A stretch of DNA of 64,000 bases from a virus, in the IMG/VR virus record IMGVR_UViG_3300042330_000875, positions 82,078-146,077 of that record; one strand, written 5' to 3'. Position 1 is the stretch's first letter; every line of letters starts with the position of its first letter. Shown piece by piece: positions 48,666-58,170 of this stretch. The translations under genes and the position numbers were made by a program. Below the pieces are notes generated by a model. It was not told where the DNA came from and did not search any database. It saw only the letters and a program-made list of their open reading frames with translations.

Positions 48666-48997
48666 AATATATTTATTATATTGATGGTGAAAAATTTACA
48701 ACTGATAATATTAACGACATTCCTTGGGAAGAATTATCGTCACCAAATGAAAAAACGCCTGCTTTTGAAAACTTAGAAAATGATCATAAGAGATGGTATA
48801 ATATAGGTGGTATTCATCATCGGTTAACTGGACCAGCAGTAATTACGGGTGACAAAAAAGAACAATTTTGGTTATATGATAAACGCTATTACACTGTTAA
48901 AGAATGGATTAATGAACATCCAAATCCCGATCTTTATTTTGATGCCATTGGAGTTTTTACAGAAACTGATAAAGTCCTGTGGTTTTTACAAAATTAA
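48662..48997 (+). CDS. HRLTGP-family paralog 13 (tail A)
   Basis: GTGA overlap with upstream stop; family motifs. Confidence 0.85.
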   Translation: MKYIYYIDGEKFTTDNINDIPWEELSSPNEKTPAFENLENDHKRWYNIGGIHHRLTGPAVITGDKKEQFWLYDKRYYTVKEWINEHPNPDLYFDAIGVFTETDKVLWFLQN

Positions 48998-49021
48998 AAA
49001 ATATTTTGTAAAATTTATTTC

Positions 49022-49050
49022 TTGACAAAATTATAAAATTTTCTTATATT
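49022..49050 (+). promoter_or_regulatory. Phage early promoter TTGACA-N17-TATATT
   Basis: Consensus boxes; leader GAAACGGCAAT resembles the other leaders. Confidence 0.75.
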
Positions 49051-49095
49051 GATTTTATTGAAACGGCAATATCGCCAAAATAAAGGATAATAATT

Positions 49096-50076
49096 ATGAA
49101 TTATTTTAATATTAACTTTAATGATCATTGGTCAATTTATGAAGAAATTATTGATTATATTGAAAGAATTAAAACATATAGTAAACCTTTTACTATTTTT
49201 AATGAAAAAGAAATATTAAAAAATAATCAAATTGTAGAATTTGATTTAGAAGATTGTGCCGTTATTAGTGACAATATTAAAAATATTAGTTCATTAATTG
49301 ATTTAGATTTGAAATTAATTTTAAAATTACATGAGTTTATGAAAGATAAACATAATCACCTTTCAATTGAGTTTAAAAATAATAATTATGAAAGTTGGGA
49401 TATTAGAGATATTAATTCTGAAGATTTTATAAGTATTGATGAGTATCTTAAAGCTTTAGAATCAAAACAATATTTTACCCTTTATTATTATCCAAATACG
49501 CCAGTGGGTTTTTACACATATCATGCTTCTTCATTTGAAACATTAATCGAATATTTTTTAAACCACAATTAAAAAATTCAATTTTTGATATTTAATGTTG
49601 ACAAACAGAAAATTTTCTAATATATTATGTTTAATCTTATTATACAGAAGGAGTTAAAAATGTCAGAGATCGTTAAAAATTTGGAACTTATTCGTTGTTT
49701 TGCGAATCAGATTGTTAATAAATATAATATTTTTTCTGTTGATTTATTTGAGAAAAAACCGTCTGAATTTTTTAATTATATGTTAAACAATCCTATTGAT
49801 CTTCAAACTTCGGTTAATATTTTTCATCCGTTGGGAGATATTGTATTTGATGTTAAAATTAAAATGTTAGATGAGAAATTTTCATGTAAGCCATATATTA
49901 CGCTTGATTATTTTTATGATATTGAAATTTTTATTGATAACATCAAAATTCAAGATTTCAATAAAAAAATTATTAAAATTTGTCAAATTGCCGTTGCAGA
50001 TTATAAAAAAGATTATTTTAAACATGTAATGTCATCTGCTGAAACATCATTACAATCAAAATTAGATTATGTTTAA
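49096..50076 (+). CDS. Two hypothetical proteins (49096-49572, 49627-50076), each behind a TTGACA-N17-TATATT promoter
   Basis: Second promoter at 49598-49626; first ORF ends with YYPNTPVGFY block. Confidence 0.55.
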
Positions 50077-50142
50077 AATCTAAATCTAATATCTTTTGTG
50101 ACAACGAGTAAAAATAAAATTTTAATTTAAAGAACTAATAAA

Positions 50143-50478
50143 ATGACATTAATTTATTATATCGATGGTAAAAAATTTATAGGAAATAATTATAAAGATT
50201 TTGAGTGGAAAAAAATTAGTTCTTTAAATGAAGAAATACCAGCGTTAGAAGATTTAAAAACAGGTTTTAAATGTTGGTGCTTAAAAGGATTTATTCGTTA
50301 TCGTTTAACTGGTCCCGCAGTAATTTTTCCAGATAATAGAATACAATATTGGTTGTTTAGAAAACATTATAGTAATAATGTAAATGATTGGCTTAAAGAA
50401 CATCCAAATCCTGATCTGTACTTCGATGCAATTGAGATGAATGAAACAGATCGTATTCTTTGGTACTTACAAAATTAA
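50143..50478 (+). CDS. HRLTGP-family paralog 14 (tail A)
   Basis: Family motifs; ends ETDRILWYLQN. Confidence 0.85.
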   Translation: MTLIYYIDGKKFIGNNYKDFEWKKISSLNEEIPALEDLKTGFKCWCLKGFIRYRLTGPAVIFPDNRIQYWLFRKHYSNNVNDWLKEHPNPDLYFDAIEMNETDRILWYLQN

Positions 50479-50571
50479 ATTATTTTATTCTTATTTTTTT
50501 TCTATATTAAATTTAAATAATATGCTATATTAGATTTTATACAGCTATGAAGGATAAAATTATGAAAAAAA

Positions 50572-51186
50572 TTGAAGAACAACCTATTGCTCGGCGAGGT
50601 GATTGGAAAAATGGAATTACATGAAAGTCTAAGCGAATTTGTTTTTGATAAAGATTACGATGTTGTTGATGTTATTACAATTAAAGATAGTGATTTATTA
50701 ATAGCAAAGCATAAAAGAGATACCATTTGGTTAGTAGGTGAAATGGCAATTATGCAATTTGAAACATCTATTACAACTGAAAAACGCTTTAATATTTATT
50801 TTAAAATTACACTAGATATTGAAAATATTAGAGGCCGCAGATTGGGCTATGATAAAATGATGCAAGTGCGCGGAGTTTCAGTTAGAGAAAGTCATCAAGG
50901 ATATAAACTTTCTCAATATATGTATAAATGGTTGATTAACAAATATAATTTTGTTATTATTGGCGATAGAGAGCAATATTTTGGTGCAAGAAAATTATGG
51001 GCTAGATTATCACAAGAGATAGATGTAACGGTCGATATTGTTGATCTAAACAAAATGGAAATTGTAAAAGAAAATGTTGTTTTACATCATGGTAATTATG
51101 ATGAAGATTTTGGCAAAGAAATTTGGTCGTATGATGCATCAAAAGAACATATTAGATTAGTATTAAAAAATATTACGAAAGGATAA
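50572..51186 (+). CDS. Possible GNAT-fold protein (5' end possibly frameshifted)
   Basis: VRGVSVRESHQGYKLSQYMY...ARKLW resembles GNAT motifs A/B; RBS-led ATG at 50562 is out of frame. Confidence 0.4.
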   Translation: MKNNLLLGEVIGKMELHESLSEFVFDKDYDVVDVITIKDSDLLIAKHKRDTIWLVGEMAIMQFETSITTEKRFNIYFKITLDIENIRGRRLGYDKMMQVRGVSVRESHQGYKLSQYMYKWLINKYNFVIIGDREQYFGARKLWARLSQEIDVTVDIVDLNKMEIVKENVVLHHGNYDEDFGKEIWSYDASKEHIRLVLKNITKG

Positions 51187-51191
51187 AAACT

Positions 51192-51473
51192 ATGAAAACA
51201 TTAGATGAATTAAAAGAAATTATTCAACAAGAAACAATTGATACAAATAAAAAATATTTAAAAAGTTTTACAGATAATGAACGATTATTTGAAGAGAAAA
51301 TTCTTCATGGATTAAGAAACAATGAAAAATGGATTTCTTTAGGACAATTTGCTCTTCAAGAAGCTGGATTTATTAAAGATAAATTACAAGAATTAAATTA
51401 CACTTGTGAATTTAAATCAGTAGATGAAAATACGCCTTTTTCCAATTTCTATGTTAAAGTTATTTTGCGTTAA
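51192..51473 (+). CDS. Hypothetical protein
   Basis: AAGGA RBS, 93 aa. Confidence 0.55.
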   Translation: MKTLDELKEIIQQETIDTNKKYLKSFTDNERLFEEKILHGLRNNEKWISLGQFALQEAGFIKDKLQELNYTCEFKSVDENTPFSNFYVKVILR

Positions 51474-52155
51474 ATTCTTCGATCCAAGTTTCAGCTTCTT
51501 TTATATTGAGAACATTATTTAAAATGTTCTCATTTATTTTTGTTTGAAATTCTTTTATGTCTTTATTTCTTTTAAATCCCATCCATTCAATTGCTTCATT
51601 TGGATTATCAGGCATATCTTCATAATATAAAATATCATCAGATAAACTTTCTAATTTTTGTTTATTCTGTAATATATCTTCGGCTATGTGTTTTTCAATT
51701 TTAAATTTACCATTAAAATCAACAGGTTTAATCCAATTACCAATATTTCTTGCTAATTGATAACTGGCAATTTGTTCTAATACATTTCTTCTTGATATAA
51801 TTTTTGTGTTTTCTGTTGGTAATAAATTGATAATTTTTTGTTGTATTAAAAAAGTTTTCCATTCATTAGGTTGAGATTTCCAAACATAAGAGTTATTTTC
51901 TAATGTTTCTTTTATAATATTAATTTTGTGTTCTAAGTAATCATTGGGATTAAATTCTGCAAAACATTCTTTGTTAAATTGATAAAGAATAACTTTATTT
52001 TTAAAATTAATCCAAGTAGTTGTTTTTTCTTCATTTGTTGTAAATTCTTGATTGGCAAATGGTTCATAAAGACAAGAAGAATCAAAATTTTGTTCGATTA
52101 ATTTAATCAATCGATTACTGCCACAACGAAAATTAGTTAATAATTGAACGTTCAT
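51460..52155 (-). CDS. Sulfotransferase-like P-loop protein (Stf0-like)
   Basis: TNFRCGSN 5'-PSB-like loop, YEPF, RRNVLEQIASY 3'-PB-like motif, YYED. Confidence 0.7.
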   Translation of the reverse strand: MNVQLLTNFRCGSNRLIKLIEQNFDSSCLYEPFANQEFTTNEEKTTTWINFKNKVILYQFNKECFAEFNPNDYLEHKINIIKETLENNSYVWKSQPNEWKTFLIQQKIINLLPTENTKIISRRNVLEQIASYQLARNIGNWIKPVDFNGKFKIEKHIAEDILQNKQKLESLSDDILYYEDMPDNPNEAIEWMGFKRNKDIKEFQTKINENILNNVLNIKEAETWIEEFNAK

Positions 52156-52910
52156 AAACTATAATTTTCCTTTATAAATTTTGCAATTTGTTGTCCATAA
52201 AATTCATATCCATCTGGATAAAAATGGCGTGTTGGGTCTTTTTTAAAACCATTTTGATCAATTAATTTCATCATATTCCCATTAAAATCGAAAAATGTAT
52301 TTTTATTTACTAAGCAATCTTTATTTAGATTCTCAAAAGCAAAACTCATACCATATTTTATATTATGTTTTTCTAAAAATGACTGTAATAAAATTATTTG
52401 ATTAGAAAACAATTCTTGATTTAAATTATAATTACTATTTTCAAACTTAAATTTAATAAATTCATTTGTTTTTGGTAGTTGTGCTATTAATCTATTTGCA
52501 TGTTCCAGATAATCGTCTTTATGAATTTTAGATGAAAATCTATTAAGCCAATATTGTGTAACATTTAAAATTAAACCGTCATATAAAAATTCTTTTCCAG
52601 CCCAAGGATATTGCTTTAAAATATTTTTTTCTAAATCGTTATTAATAAAAAATTCAAATCTATCACTACCGCTCCAACAAATCCAAATAAAAAGCTCATC
52701 TTTTTTATTATAATTGTTTTTAACATGTTCAATTGTAGTTCTTACTATTCTTTCGTTACTGCCCGAATTTAAAGCATCATTTATTATAACAGAATCAAAT
52801 TCTTTTTCTAATTGTTTAGCCCACGAAATATTATTTTGTGTTTCTTTGCTGTGATTATAACCATCACACGCTCCCATAGTTAAACTACATCCATTAACAT
52901 AAAAATACAT
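52152..52910 (-). CDS. SGNH/GDSL-like hydrolase or acyltransferase
   Basis: YVNGCSLT (block I), NDALNSGSNERIVR, C-terminal DPTRH; ATG at 52910 with AGGA RBS. Confidence 0.65.
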   Translation of the reverse strand: MYFYVNGCSLTMGACDGYNHSKETQNNISWAKQLEKEFDSVIINDALNSGSNERIVRTTIEHVKNNYNKKDELFIWICWSGSDRFEFFINNDLEKNILKQYPWAGKEFLYDGLILNVTQYWLNRFSSKIHKDDYLEHANRLIAQLPKTNEFIKFKFENSNYNLNQELFSNQIILLQSFLEKHNIKYGMSFAFENLNKDCLVNKNTFFDFNGNMMKLIDQNGFKKDPTRHFYPDGYEFYGQQIAKFIKENYSL

Positions 52911-52984
52911 TTTTATTCCTTTACTATTGACACTTATATTTATTGTGATATAACAAACAGACAATTTAATTAAGGAGAAACAAT

Positions 52985-54799
52985 ATGCAAGCTACTCGTT
53001 TTGAAAATAAAGCATTTACATACATGAATGTCATGGGCAACAAACAAGATGTTAATTTTAATAATCCTCTAACAAATCCAAATACGCAAAATTATCAATA
53101 TATTATTGATCAATATAAATCGATGGGCGCAACCGAAGTTTATTTCGGAAATATTACCTTTTGGGATACCAAGGCCAACAATTTTGATACTACAGCGACC
53201 AATGGTTTTGGTAACATGACTGGTATGACCATTGAAAATATGATGAAGAATGTCGATTATCTTCATCAGCAAGGGCTTTCTGTTACGCTACGCCCGCAAG
53301 TTACAAACGTCACGTTCAATGGGTCATTTTATGAATGGGCAAACTTCAATCTTCCAACAAATTCAAATGTTGGGGATAAAGCTGCTTTCTTTCAGCAATA
53401 CACCGCGTATATGGTTGATCTTGCTAAAAATGCTCAAGCACATGGCGTTGAAGCAATTTCAATTGGTAATGAAATGCAACATTTTACAACGGCAGATACT
53501 AAAGGATATTGGGAAAATCTCATTTCTCAAATCCGTCAAGTTTATTCTGGAAAATTAACATACGCGGCTTTTGTTAGTTTTAACGGAACGGGAATTAATA
53601 GCGAAACTCAACAAATCAAATGGTTTGATAAACTCGATTATATTGGTATTGATTTTTATCCCCAATTGACAATGAGCAAAAATGCAACTTATGAAGATTT
53701 TGTAAAAGCACTTTATGGGAATAATCCCCAAAAATTTAATTGGGTTGATTACCTAAAGAATCTTGCTGAAACAACTGGTAAGAAAATTATGTTTACCGAA
53801 GTAGGTGTGCCTAGCTTTGATGGCGCGGGCATTATGAGCAATTCCGCAAACCATCAAGATAACTCACTTCCTTCTGACCAAAAAGAACAAGCTGATTGGT
53901 TTAAAGCTGTGTTTTCAGTTATGAGTAGTGAATTGGGCGATAAGTTTATGGGAACTGCCCTTTGGGATGGATTAAGCCGCTCAACTGCTGAAAATAACGG
54001 GAACAATAACGATTTTACTGTTATCGATAAACAAGCAGAAAACATTGTTCGCACTGCTTACACAGATGGCGAATTGGATGGCCTTACAAAGACCATTGCA
54101 GGCACGTACAGCGGCTCTTTCAATAACGACACGATTACCGGCTCTTCAAGTGCTGATAGCGTTTCTGGTGGTCGTGGAAGCGATACAATCGATCTTAAAG
54201 AAGGAAAAGATACAGTTGTTATCAATTCCAAATATGATAATACGGTTGATCTTCGCATTGAAGGAAATACGTTTATTGTAAAATCAGTTGATGGTACTGA
54301 TCGTTTAACAAATGTTGAAACCATTAAATTTGATAATGCTACAATTGACATTTCAGTATTTTCATCTAATGCTGATCCAATGAATGTTTATCGTTTTTAT
54401 AATACTCAAACTGGTACGCATTTTTATTCTAATAGTCCAGAAGAACGAAATGCGGTTATTAATGATCTTAATCAATTCCAATATGAAGGTGTTGGTTTTA
54501 AAGCATTAGCAAATGGTGAAGATAGTGTTTATCGTTTTTATAATACAAAAACAGGTACACATTTTTACACTATTAGCGAAAATGAACGCGATTCAGTAAA
54601 AAATAATTTACCTGAATATCAGTTTGAAGGGATTGCATATAAAGCAAGCGATACTAAGATTGAAAATTCACATGAATTGTTTCGCTTTTACAATTCAAAT
54701 ACTGGTACACATTTTTATACCGATAGTGTTGGTGAACGCGATGCTGTAAAACTTTTAGGTGGATTTAATTATGAAGGCGTAGCATATTATGTAGGTTGA
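52985..54799 (+). CDS. GH113-like glycoside hydrolase + RTX-like + DUF5648-like (resident copy)
   Basis: Same architecture and long identical peptide stretches as 10821-12608; AAGGAG RBS; hairpin terminator 54790-54818. Confidence 0.75.
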   Translation: MQATRFENKAFTYMNVMGNKQDVNFNNPLTNPNTQNYQYIIDQYKSMGATEVYFGNITFWDTKANNFDTTATNGFGNMTGMTIENMMKNVDYLHQQGLSVTLRPQVTNVTFNGSFYEWANFNLPTNSNVGDKAAFFQQYTAYMVDLAKNAQAHGVEAISIGNEMQHFTTADTKGYWENLISQIRQVYSGKLTYAAFVSFNGTGINSETQQIKWFDKLDYIGIDFYPQLTMSKNATYEDFVKALYGNNPQKFNWVDYLKNLAETTGKKIMFTEVGVPSFDGAGIMSNSANHQDNSLPSDQKEQADWFKAVFSVMSSELGDKFMGTALWDGLSRSTAENNGNNNDFTVIDKQAENIVRTAYTDGELDGLTKTIAGTYSGSFNNDTITGSSSADSVSGGRGSDTIDLKEGKDTVVINSKYDNTVDLRIEGNTFIVKSVDGTDRLTNVETIKFDNATIDISVFSSNADPMNVYRFYNTQTGTHFYSNSPEERNAVINDLNQFQYEGVGFKALANGEDSVYRFYNTKTGTHFYTISENERDSVKNNLPEYQFEGIAYKASDTKIENSHELFRFYNSNTGTHFYTDSVGERDAVKLLGGFNYEGVAYYVG

Positions 54800-54839
54800 T
54801 TAGATCAACCTACATTTTTAATTTAAAAAAGGAAAATAA

Positions 54840-55439
54840 ATGAAATTTAGATATGAAAAAATTATTGAATTAGAATGTGATGGTACATTAATTGATGCTA
54901 TTATTGTTACAATTAAAAAATACAGTATAATTGGTAATTCAGAATTAATTACTGAATTAGAACATTTTATTGAAAAAGATAAAATTAAAACAATGATTCT
55001 TAATTTAGTTGAATTAGGAATTGTTGAGTTTGGACCACATTTAAAGCTAATTTTAAATTCAAATTATAATTTCGATATTATTAAAAATAATTATCCACAT
55101 TTATTAGAAATTAAAATTAATCAACCTTGACAAATTTTTCTTTTATGTTAATGTAAATCTAACAATTTTAAAAAGGAAAAATAAATGAAAAAAATTTATA
55201 TTGGTGTGATTGCTGCAATTTTAAGTGTTGCACATTTACAACCTGCAATTGCTGGTGATTCAAAAAATCCTGAACCAATTTATGAAAGAGATTTTTATAT
55301 CGATAAAGATACTGGTTTTCATTATCTAAAATCTGGCAGTTCATCTTCATATTTGCCAAGATATTGTAAAACTAATTATAATACACGCGGACATATTATG
55401 TCTAAAGATAACAAACTTGAATGTGTTTCAATTAATTAA
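54840..55439 (+). CDS. Two hypothetical proteins (54840-55130; 55185-55439 with signal peptide)
   Basis: AAGGA RBSs; MKKIYIGVIAAILSVAHLQPAIA signal-like N-terminus. Confidence 0.55.
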
Positions 55440-55624
55440 AAGGAAAATAAATGAATTTATTTTTAACAATATTAATCGTGTTTTTGATAACACCAAGTTT
55501 TATGAAACCAAAAACATAGGTAATATCTAATCATATTAATTCATATATTTGTGATGACTATTGCAAAAAATATATAAAAAATAATCCTGAACAACCAATA
55601 ACAATTTTAAAAAAGGAATAATAA

Positions 55625-56512
55625 ATGAAAAATTTACGTATTTTAGCTGCATTAGCAGTATTAACCTTCCCAACATTTGCACAAGCGCAATCTAATCCTA
55701 ACATTCGTTTTTGTTCCGGCCCAAGTGGCGGTAATTATGAATTTTCTGCATTAGAGATTGCCAAGCAATATAATTCAGCCGGTAAGGGCAAAGTTGAAGT
55801 TTTTAATACACGAGGAAGTATTGAAAATTTAGATGCATTACGAGATGGTAAATGTGATGTTGCAATTGTTCAAAACGATGCTTTGCGCGTTTATAATAAA
55901 TCAAATCGTAATGCTCAAAAAGTAGAACGTCTTGGAAAGCTTTATGATGAATACGTGCATTTTATTTGCAATCGTAAATCAAAAATCAATCGTATTACTC
56001 AATTAACCCCAGCAATTACCGTTGCAATTGGTCCACAAGGAAGCGGAAGTTCTGTTACTTGGGAAAGTTTTAAACAAAGTGATGAAAAGCTTTATGGTCC
56101 AATCCCAACTGTTCCTTTTGGTGGATTAAAAGCAGTTGAAAAAGTTGCTGATGGAACAGAAGCACAATGTATGGTTTTTACCTCTGCACTTAAAAGTTCT
56201 TATGTTGTAAATGATATTGATACAATTCATGGTAATAATCTTGTTTTAGTTGATGCTGATGATAATGATTTTGATAATGCAAAAGATAATAACCAACCAA
56301 TTTATCAACGTGACGATATTCAATATGATACATATTCCAATCTTCAAAAAGGATTAGGTACATTTGGTTCTCGTGGAAAAGTAAGTACAGTTAAAGTTGG
56401 TGCTATTATTGTTTCATCAAGCGAATTTTCAGATAATGATCAAGTTTATAATGCGTTTATTCGTTCTAAAAATGCAGCACAAGCCTCAATTTTAAAGAAA
56501 GTACAACCTTAA
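55625..56512 (+). CDS. TAXI-family TRAP solute-binding protein
   Basis: Signal peptide AQA; GPSGGNY, TRGSIENL..L..GKCDVAIVQND, LYDEYVH, VAIGPQGSGS. Confidence 0.85.
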   Translation: MKNLRILAALAVLTFPTFAQAQSNPNIRFCSGPSGGNYEFSALEIAKQYNSAGKGKVEVFNTRGSIENLDALRDGKCDVAIVQNDALRVYNKSNRNAQKVERLGKLYDEYVHFICNRKSKINRITQLTPAITVAIGPQGSGSSVTWESFKQSDEKLYGPIPTVPFGGLKAVEKVADGTEAQCMVFTSALKSSYVVNDIDTIHGNNLVLVDADDNDFDNAKDNNQPIYQRDDIQYDTYSNLQKGLGTFGSRGKVSTVKVGAIIVSSSEFSDNDQVYNAFIRSKNAAQASILKKVQP

Positions 56513-56536
56513 AGAAAGGCGTTAACGCCTTTCTTT
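56511..56536. terminator. Palindromic terminator
   Basis: AAAGAAAGGCGTTAACGCCTTTCTTT. Confidence 0.75.
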
Positions 56537-56544
56537 AATTTATC

Positions 56545-56895
56545 ATGATAATAGAATATTGGACTACAACAGGTTTTAAACGAAGAATAGTTAAAAATCA
56601 ATTTTGGAATGAGTATGTACTTTGGAATAGGTTACACTCGCCAGATGAAAATACACCTGCTATAATACATCCGCTAAATGGTATAAAATTTTATTATAAA
56701 AATGGCAAAAAACATCGCTTAACTGGTCCCGCTCTTTTATGGGAAAGATATTCAAACGAAGAGTTTTGGTTAGATGGAAAATATTATAAAACTATAAAAG
56801 AATGGATTAACAATCATCCAAATCCAGATTTATATTTTAACACCATTGGAATTTTTACCGAAACCGATAAAGTTATTTGGTATTTAAAAAATTAA
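56545..56895 (+). CDS. HRLTGP-family paralog 15 (divergent N-terminus, tail A)
   Basis: LHSPDENTPA, HRLTGPA, ETDKVIWYLKN. Confidence 0.85.
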   Translation: MIIEYWTTTGFKRRIVKNQFWNEYVLWNRLHSPDENTPAIIHPLNGIKFYYKNGKKHRLTGPALLWERYSNEEFWLDGKYYKTIKEWINNHPNPDLYFNTIGIFTETDKVIWYLKN

Positions 56896-56904
56896 GGATT
56901 AAAA

Positions 56905-57213
56905 ATGTTTATTTATTACGTTGATGGTAAAAAATTCACAACTGATAATGAAGATGACATTCCTTGGCTGGATATTTCTTCACCAGATGAAGAAATTCCT
57001 GCTTATGAAAATTTATCAAATGGCTTTAAATCTTGGTGCTTAAAAGGAGATATCTGGCATCGTTTAATTGGACCATCGGAAATATTTAGTGATGGCGCTA
57101 AATGGTTTTGTTTAAATGATAAATGTTATTTTGAAAATATTCATGCTTGATTACAAGAACACCCAAATCAAACAAATGCTTTTCAAATAGAAATGCTTTT
57201 AAAATATACATGA
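56905..57213 (+). pseudogene. HRLTGP-family paralog 16 with in-frame TGA at a conserved Trp (tail B)
   Basis: ENIHA*LQEHPNQTNAFQIEMLLKYT*; TGA at 57148-57150 where paralogs have TGG. Confidence 0.8.
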
Positions 57214-57227
57214 AAGGAAAAAATAAG

Positions 57228-57611
57228 ATGATTATTTACAGAACAAAAGATCGAACATACACTAATGATTATTTTAACGATTGTTTATACAAAAAAATCC
57301 GTAATAAATTACATTCGCCAGATAATAATACGCCTGCTGAAGAACATTCAATTGGTAGTAAAACATGGTATAAAAATGGCAAAGTTCATCGAGATAATGA
57401 TTTACCTGCCTTTATTGGTTGCACAGGTATTCAACAATATTTTCAACATGGAGTATTACATAGAGAAAATGGACCTGCCGAAATTCAACCATGTGGGATA
57501 AATTTATTTTATTTAAATGGAAAATATTATCAAAACATTCATTCTTGGTTGAAAGCGCATCCAAATCAAGATAAAGCATTTCAAGTTGAAATGCTTTTAA
57601 AATACACTTGA
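57228..57611 (+). CDS. HRLTGP-family paralog 17 (extra HRxxxPA repeat, tail B)
   Basis: LHSPDNNTPA, HRDNDLPA, HRENGPA, HPNQDKAFQVEMLLKYT; ATG at 57228. Confidence 0.8.
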   Translation: MIIYRTKDRTYTNDYFNDCLYKKIRNKLHSPDNNTPAEEHSIGSKTWYKNGKVHRDNDLPAFIGCTGIQQYFQHGVLHRENGPAEIQPCGINLFYLNGKYYQNIHSWLKAHPNQDKAFQVEMLLKYT

Positions 57612-58100
57612 TAAATTACAATATAGAAAGAAAAAACATGACATTTAGAGAAGACCTTGAAACTTATAATGATGCTACATTAGAACAATTAGAAAATCTT
57701 TTAGAAACAATTATTTTAAGAATTGAAGATTTTGATAAACCAGAAAATCAGATTGGTTTATGGGCTGCTAATCTCGAAGACCATAAAAATTTTGCAGTAA
57801 CTATTAAAATAACAATTAATTTAATGAAAACTTTAAAATTAGATAAACTATCTTTTTAATCAAATAATGGAGAAATAAATTATGATCGCAGAATATCTTA
57901 AAACTTTTGATAATTGTTCTTTAATTGAATTACAAGAAGAATTAACCACGAGAATAAAACAATTTGAAGAATTATATGCGTTAAAAGAAAAAAGTATTAC
58001 AGATATGACCCAAATCCAAATTTTAATACCATATTTGAAAAATTTACAATTTATTATTAATTTAATGAAAACTTTAAAATTAGAAAAATTTTCTTGTTGA
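57608..58100 (+). CDS. Two tandem helical paralogs (57608-57859, 57882-58100)
   Basis: Both end INLMKTLKL[DE]K.S; 29 bp identical at 57815-57843 and 58056-58084. Confidence 0.6.
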
Positions 58101-58170
58101 CAACAAATTAAAACTCATTTAAAGTCTCTTTATTAACAGGCAATCAAGCCAAAAACAAAGGAGAAATTAA

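Noticed and set aside
19233-49050. C-terminal tag being only a DNA element (promoter UP tract AAAATTAA) read through by ORFs
   Set aside because: Many tagged ORFs are mid-operon with no promoter after them, and the conserved residues are encoded by varying synonymous codons; a secondary DNA role at some sites remains possible.
55451-55628. Small ORF with an internal TAG (MNLFLTIL...KPKT*VISN...)
   Set aside because: Could be a decayed secreted-protein gene, but there is no homologue in the window to support it.
57148-57150. Alternative genetic code (TGA=Trp) or TAG recoding
   Set aside because: TGA and TAG end genes exactly where paralogs use TAA (e.g. 47078, 54799, 17525); conserved enzymes translate intact under code 11.
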